NCBI GenBank assembly: GCA_965116625.1
Contig: OZ220717.1
Location: 2,262,441 to 2,326,440 of the forward strand
Length of the DNA stretch: 64,000 bases
Source: Pseudomonadales bacterium
GTDB taxonomy: Bacteria > Pseudomonadota > Gammaproteobacteria > Pseudomonadales > Azotimanducaceae
Direction: 5' to 3'
A program made the position numbers and the translations under genes. Shown here in pieces: positions 61,930-64,000 of this stretch. A model generated the notes under the pieces. That model searched no databases. It saw only the letters and a list, made by a program, of their open reading frames with translations, and had not been told where the DNA came from. Numbering within the stretch: the first letter of the stretch is position 1; every line of letters begins with the position of its first letter.

Positions 61930-63093
61930 ATGGCAGAACACAAGATCCTTGTTGTTGACGACGAACCCGATCTCGAACATCTCATGCGGCAACGCATGCG
62001 CAGGTACGTCCGCGCCGGACAGTACGAGTTCGTGTTCGCGCACAACGGCGTTGAGGCCCTCGAACGGCTGAACGAGCAGCCCGATATCGATATGGTGCTG
62101 TCTGACATCAACATGCCGCAGATGGATGGGCTCACGCTGCTGGACCAGGTCGCGAAGGTCGACCCCAACATCCGTTCCGTGATCGTCTCGGCGTATGGCG
62201 ACATGAAGAACATCCGCACGGCCATGAACCGCGGCGCATTCGACTTCATCACGAAACCCATCGACTTCGACGACCTCCGGATCACGATAGATCGGACCCT
62301 GGTGCATATGGCGGTGTGGCGCGACGCCCTCGAGTCCCGGGACCAACTGGTCGCGATCAGGAACGAACTGGGCGTGGCGAGCCAGATGCAACAGTCGATA
62401 CTGCCCAAGGCCTTTCCGAAGGGCTCGGGTTACGAGACCTTCGCCAACATGGAGCCGGCGCGCGAGGTCGGGGGCGACTTTTTCGACTTTGTTCGCCTCG
62501 AGGAAGGCCGCGTGGGAATCGCGATCGCGGATGTCTCGGGCAAGGGCGTTCCCGCGGCGTTGTTCATGATGTCGAGCCGCACGCTGTTGAAGGGTTCGGC
62601 CATTGGCGCCGAGGAACCCGATCTCGTTCTGACGTCGGTCAACGGCCTGCTGGAGGAAGACAACGAGTCGCTCATGTTCGTCACTGTCTTCTATGCGGTA
62701 TTCAACCCGCGGACCGGCGATTTCACATACGCGAACGGCGGCCACAATCCGCCCCTCCTGGTGCACGCCGACGGGACATCCGAATACCTGCCCACGACGG
62801 ACGGCGTCGCGCTCGGTGTCATGCCTGAATACGAGTTCGAGCAGAGCAGCGTCACGCTGGCACCGGGGGAACTGGTGGTGCTGTTCACGGACGGCGTGAC
62901 CGAGGCGATCGATGCCGAGGACGAGGAGTTCGGACCGGACCGGCTGCAGGAAGTCTTCCGCGTCGGCCCCCCGCGTTCCGTCCGGGAAGCGAACGAGGCC
63001 GTGTTCGACGCGGTCAAGGCGTTTGCCGGCGATGCGCCGCAGTTCGATGACATTACGTGCGTGACGCTGATGCGCGGTGAGGATGGATCGTGA
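61930..63093 (+). CDS. Response-regulator receiver fused to PP2C/SpoIIE-type phosphatase (RsbU-like)
   Basis: REC: ILVVDDEPD...MVLSDINMPQMDG...KP. PP2C: GGDFFDF, IADVSGKGVPAALFM, FTDGVTEA, DDIT. Confidence 0.9.
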   Translation: MAEHKILVVDDEPDLEHLMRQRMRRYVRAGQYEFVFAHNGVEALERLNEQPDIDMVLSDINMPQMDGLTLLDQVAKVDPNIRSVIVSAYGDMKNIRTAMNRGAFDFITKPIDFDDLRITIDRTLVHMAVWRDALESRDQLVAIRNELGVASQMQQSILPKAFPKGSGYETFANMEPAREVGGDFFDFVRLEEGRVGIAIADVSGKGVPAALFMMSSRTLLKGSAIGAEEPDLVLTSVNGLLEEDNESLMFVTVFYAVFNPRTGDFTYANGGHNPPLLVHADGTSEYLPTTDGVALGVMPEYEFEQSSVTLAPGELVVLFTDGVTEAIDAEDEEFGPDRLQEVFRVGPPRSVREANEAVFDAVKAFAGDAPQFDDITCVTLMRGEDGS

Positions 63094-63560
63094 GTTCCGA
63101 CGGACCCGTTGGCCAAGATCGGCCGGAGGCGAACGACGGCACCGCGAAAGCGACGTTTCGTCTTCTGAACAATACCGACGAGATGGCCCGCCTGGACCGG
63201 GCAGTGGACGAATTCGGGCAGGCTGAGCAATGGCCCGAACAGATGTCCTATCACATCAAGCTTGCGCTGGAAGAGGTCGTGATGAACGTCATCAACTACG
63301 CCTACGATGACGACGATGACCATGAATTCGAGGTGAGGGTGGAGTCGAACCGTGAACATGTCGTTATCGACATCATCGACGACGGCCAGCCTTTCGACCC
63401 GCTGCAGGAGGCTGACACGCCGGATGTTGAAGCGTCACTCGAGGCGCGCAGCATCGGCGGTCTGGGGGTCTTCTTCGTCAAGACGCTGATGGATGAGGTC
63501 GAGTACCGGCGCGAAAACGACTGCAACCGGCTGACGTTGACGAAGCGCTATCAAGAATGA
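63090..63560 (+). CDS. Anti-sigma-factor-type serine kinase (RsbW/SpoIIAB-like HATPase)
   Basis: N-box LEEVVMNVINYAY, G1 IDDGQPFDP, G2 GGLGVFFVK. GTGA overlap with the phosphatase gene. Confidence 0.8.
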   Translation: MSSDGPVGQDRPEANDGTAKATFRLLNNTDEMARLDRAVDEFGQAEQWPEQMSYHIKLALEEVVMNVINYAYDDDDDHEFEVRVESNREHVVIDIIDDGQPFDPLQEADTPDVEASLEARSIGGLGVFFVKTLMDEVEYRRENDCNRLTLTKRYQE

Positions 63561-64000
63561 GACCGGCTCCCGTGTTGCAGGTCCGGCCCCCTCCCGTGGC
63601 CGCGCGGGAGCGAGGCGTTCGCGTCCTGGCGATAGCGGGAGTGCTTGCGTTGTCCCTGTCCGCCGGCGCTCAGCGGGGGGAGGGCACCGAGGCCGGTGAA
63701 GCAGGACTCGCTGCCGACGCCGTGCCGGGCGTGTCCGAAGACCGTATTCTGTTCGGGCAGTCAGCAGCGTTCACCGGTCCTGCCGCGGAGCTTGGCACCG
63801 GGATGCGCCTTGGCATAGAAGCGGCGTTCGCCGAGGCGAACCGGGAAGGCGGAGTCCGTGGGCGGCGACTGGAACTCCTGTCTCTTGACGATGCGTACGA
63901 ACCGGAAACGGCGGTAGTCAACACCCAGAAACTCATCGGGGAGCACGGTGTATTTGCCCTGATTGGCGCCGTTGGCACACCGACGTCGCGTTCCGCTACG
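63557..64000 (+). CDS. Periplasmic substrate-binding protein of the LivK / Peripla_BP_6 type (5-prime part; runs off the window)
   Basis: Hand translation: MRPAPVLQ...VLALSLSAGAQ (signal), then ILFGQSAAFTGPAAELGTGMRLGIEAAFAEANREGGVRGRRLELLSLDDAYEPETAVVNTQKLIGEHGVFALIGAVGTPTS. ATGA overlap with the kinase stop. Not in the ORF track because it is open-ended. Confidence 0.75.
   Translation, partial: MRPAPVLQVRPPPVAARERGVRVLAIAGVLALSLSAGAQRGEGTEAGEAGLAADAVPGVSEDRILFGQSAAFTGPAAELGTGMRLGIEAAFAEANREGGVRGRRLELLSLDDAYEPETAVVNTQKLIGEHGVFALIGAVGTPTSRSAT

Overview
This is a 64-kb, high-GC (roughly 65 % by eye) proteobacterial chromosome segment. It is densely coding, with about 60 CDS. I found no rRNA, tRNA or CRISPR array.

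**Accessory island (about 1-10,170).** This is the right-hand part of an integrase-bounded island; its left end lies outside the window. It contains:
- a partial ORF
- an RsbW-like GHKL ATPase overlapping a small membrane protein
- an MmeI-like fused PD-ExK nuclease / N6-adenine methyltransferase, followed by a BfiI/NgoAVII-like single-HKD PLD nuclease
- two convergent ORFans with HEPN-like Rx4H motifs, at least one of them low-GC
- a P4-type tyrosine integrase

This island is my best candidate for undescribed conflict/defence biology.

**Zur divergon (directly right of the island).** One arm is zur, Cam-type gamma-carbonic anhydrase, an untracked 57-codon membrane ORF and znuCBA. The other arm is a HisI paralogue, a COG0523 GTPase and a WD40 protein. 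A perfect 12-bp palindrome sits between face-to-face promoters.

**Rest of the window:**
- a TonB-dependent receptor plus S9 peptidase operon, flanked by a disrupted nucleotidyltransferase module and a RES-Xre toxin-antitoxin pair
- an sqdB-GT8-SDR sulfolipid operon
- a GldA / fused GldF-GldG / DUF4340-type ABC system
- an RND pump separated from its adaptor by an opposite-strand kinase
- queF
- a six-gene orphan catabolic operon
- a circularly permuted ATP-grasp / alpha-E / transglutaminase operon
- a REC-PP2C / RsbW-like kinase / periplasmic binding protein chain

**Non-genic signals:**
- a 50-72 bp dispersed repeat with three copies
- three TTCCATGG-headed repeats
- a relic fragment of a GbsR-type regulator gene
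- strongly G-over-C skewed spacers inside the island
- several long antisense ORFs that are high-GC artefacts

All functional calls come from motif recognition by eye. No database search was run.
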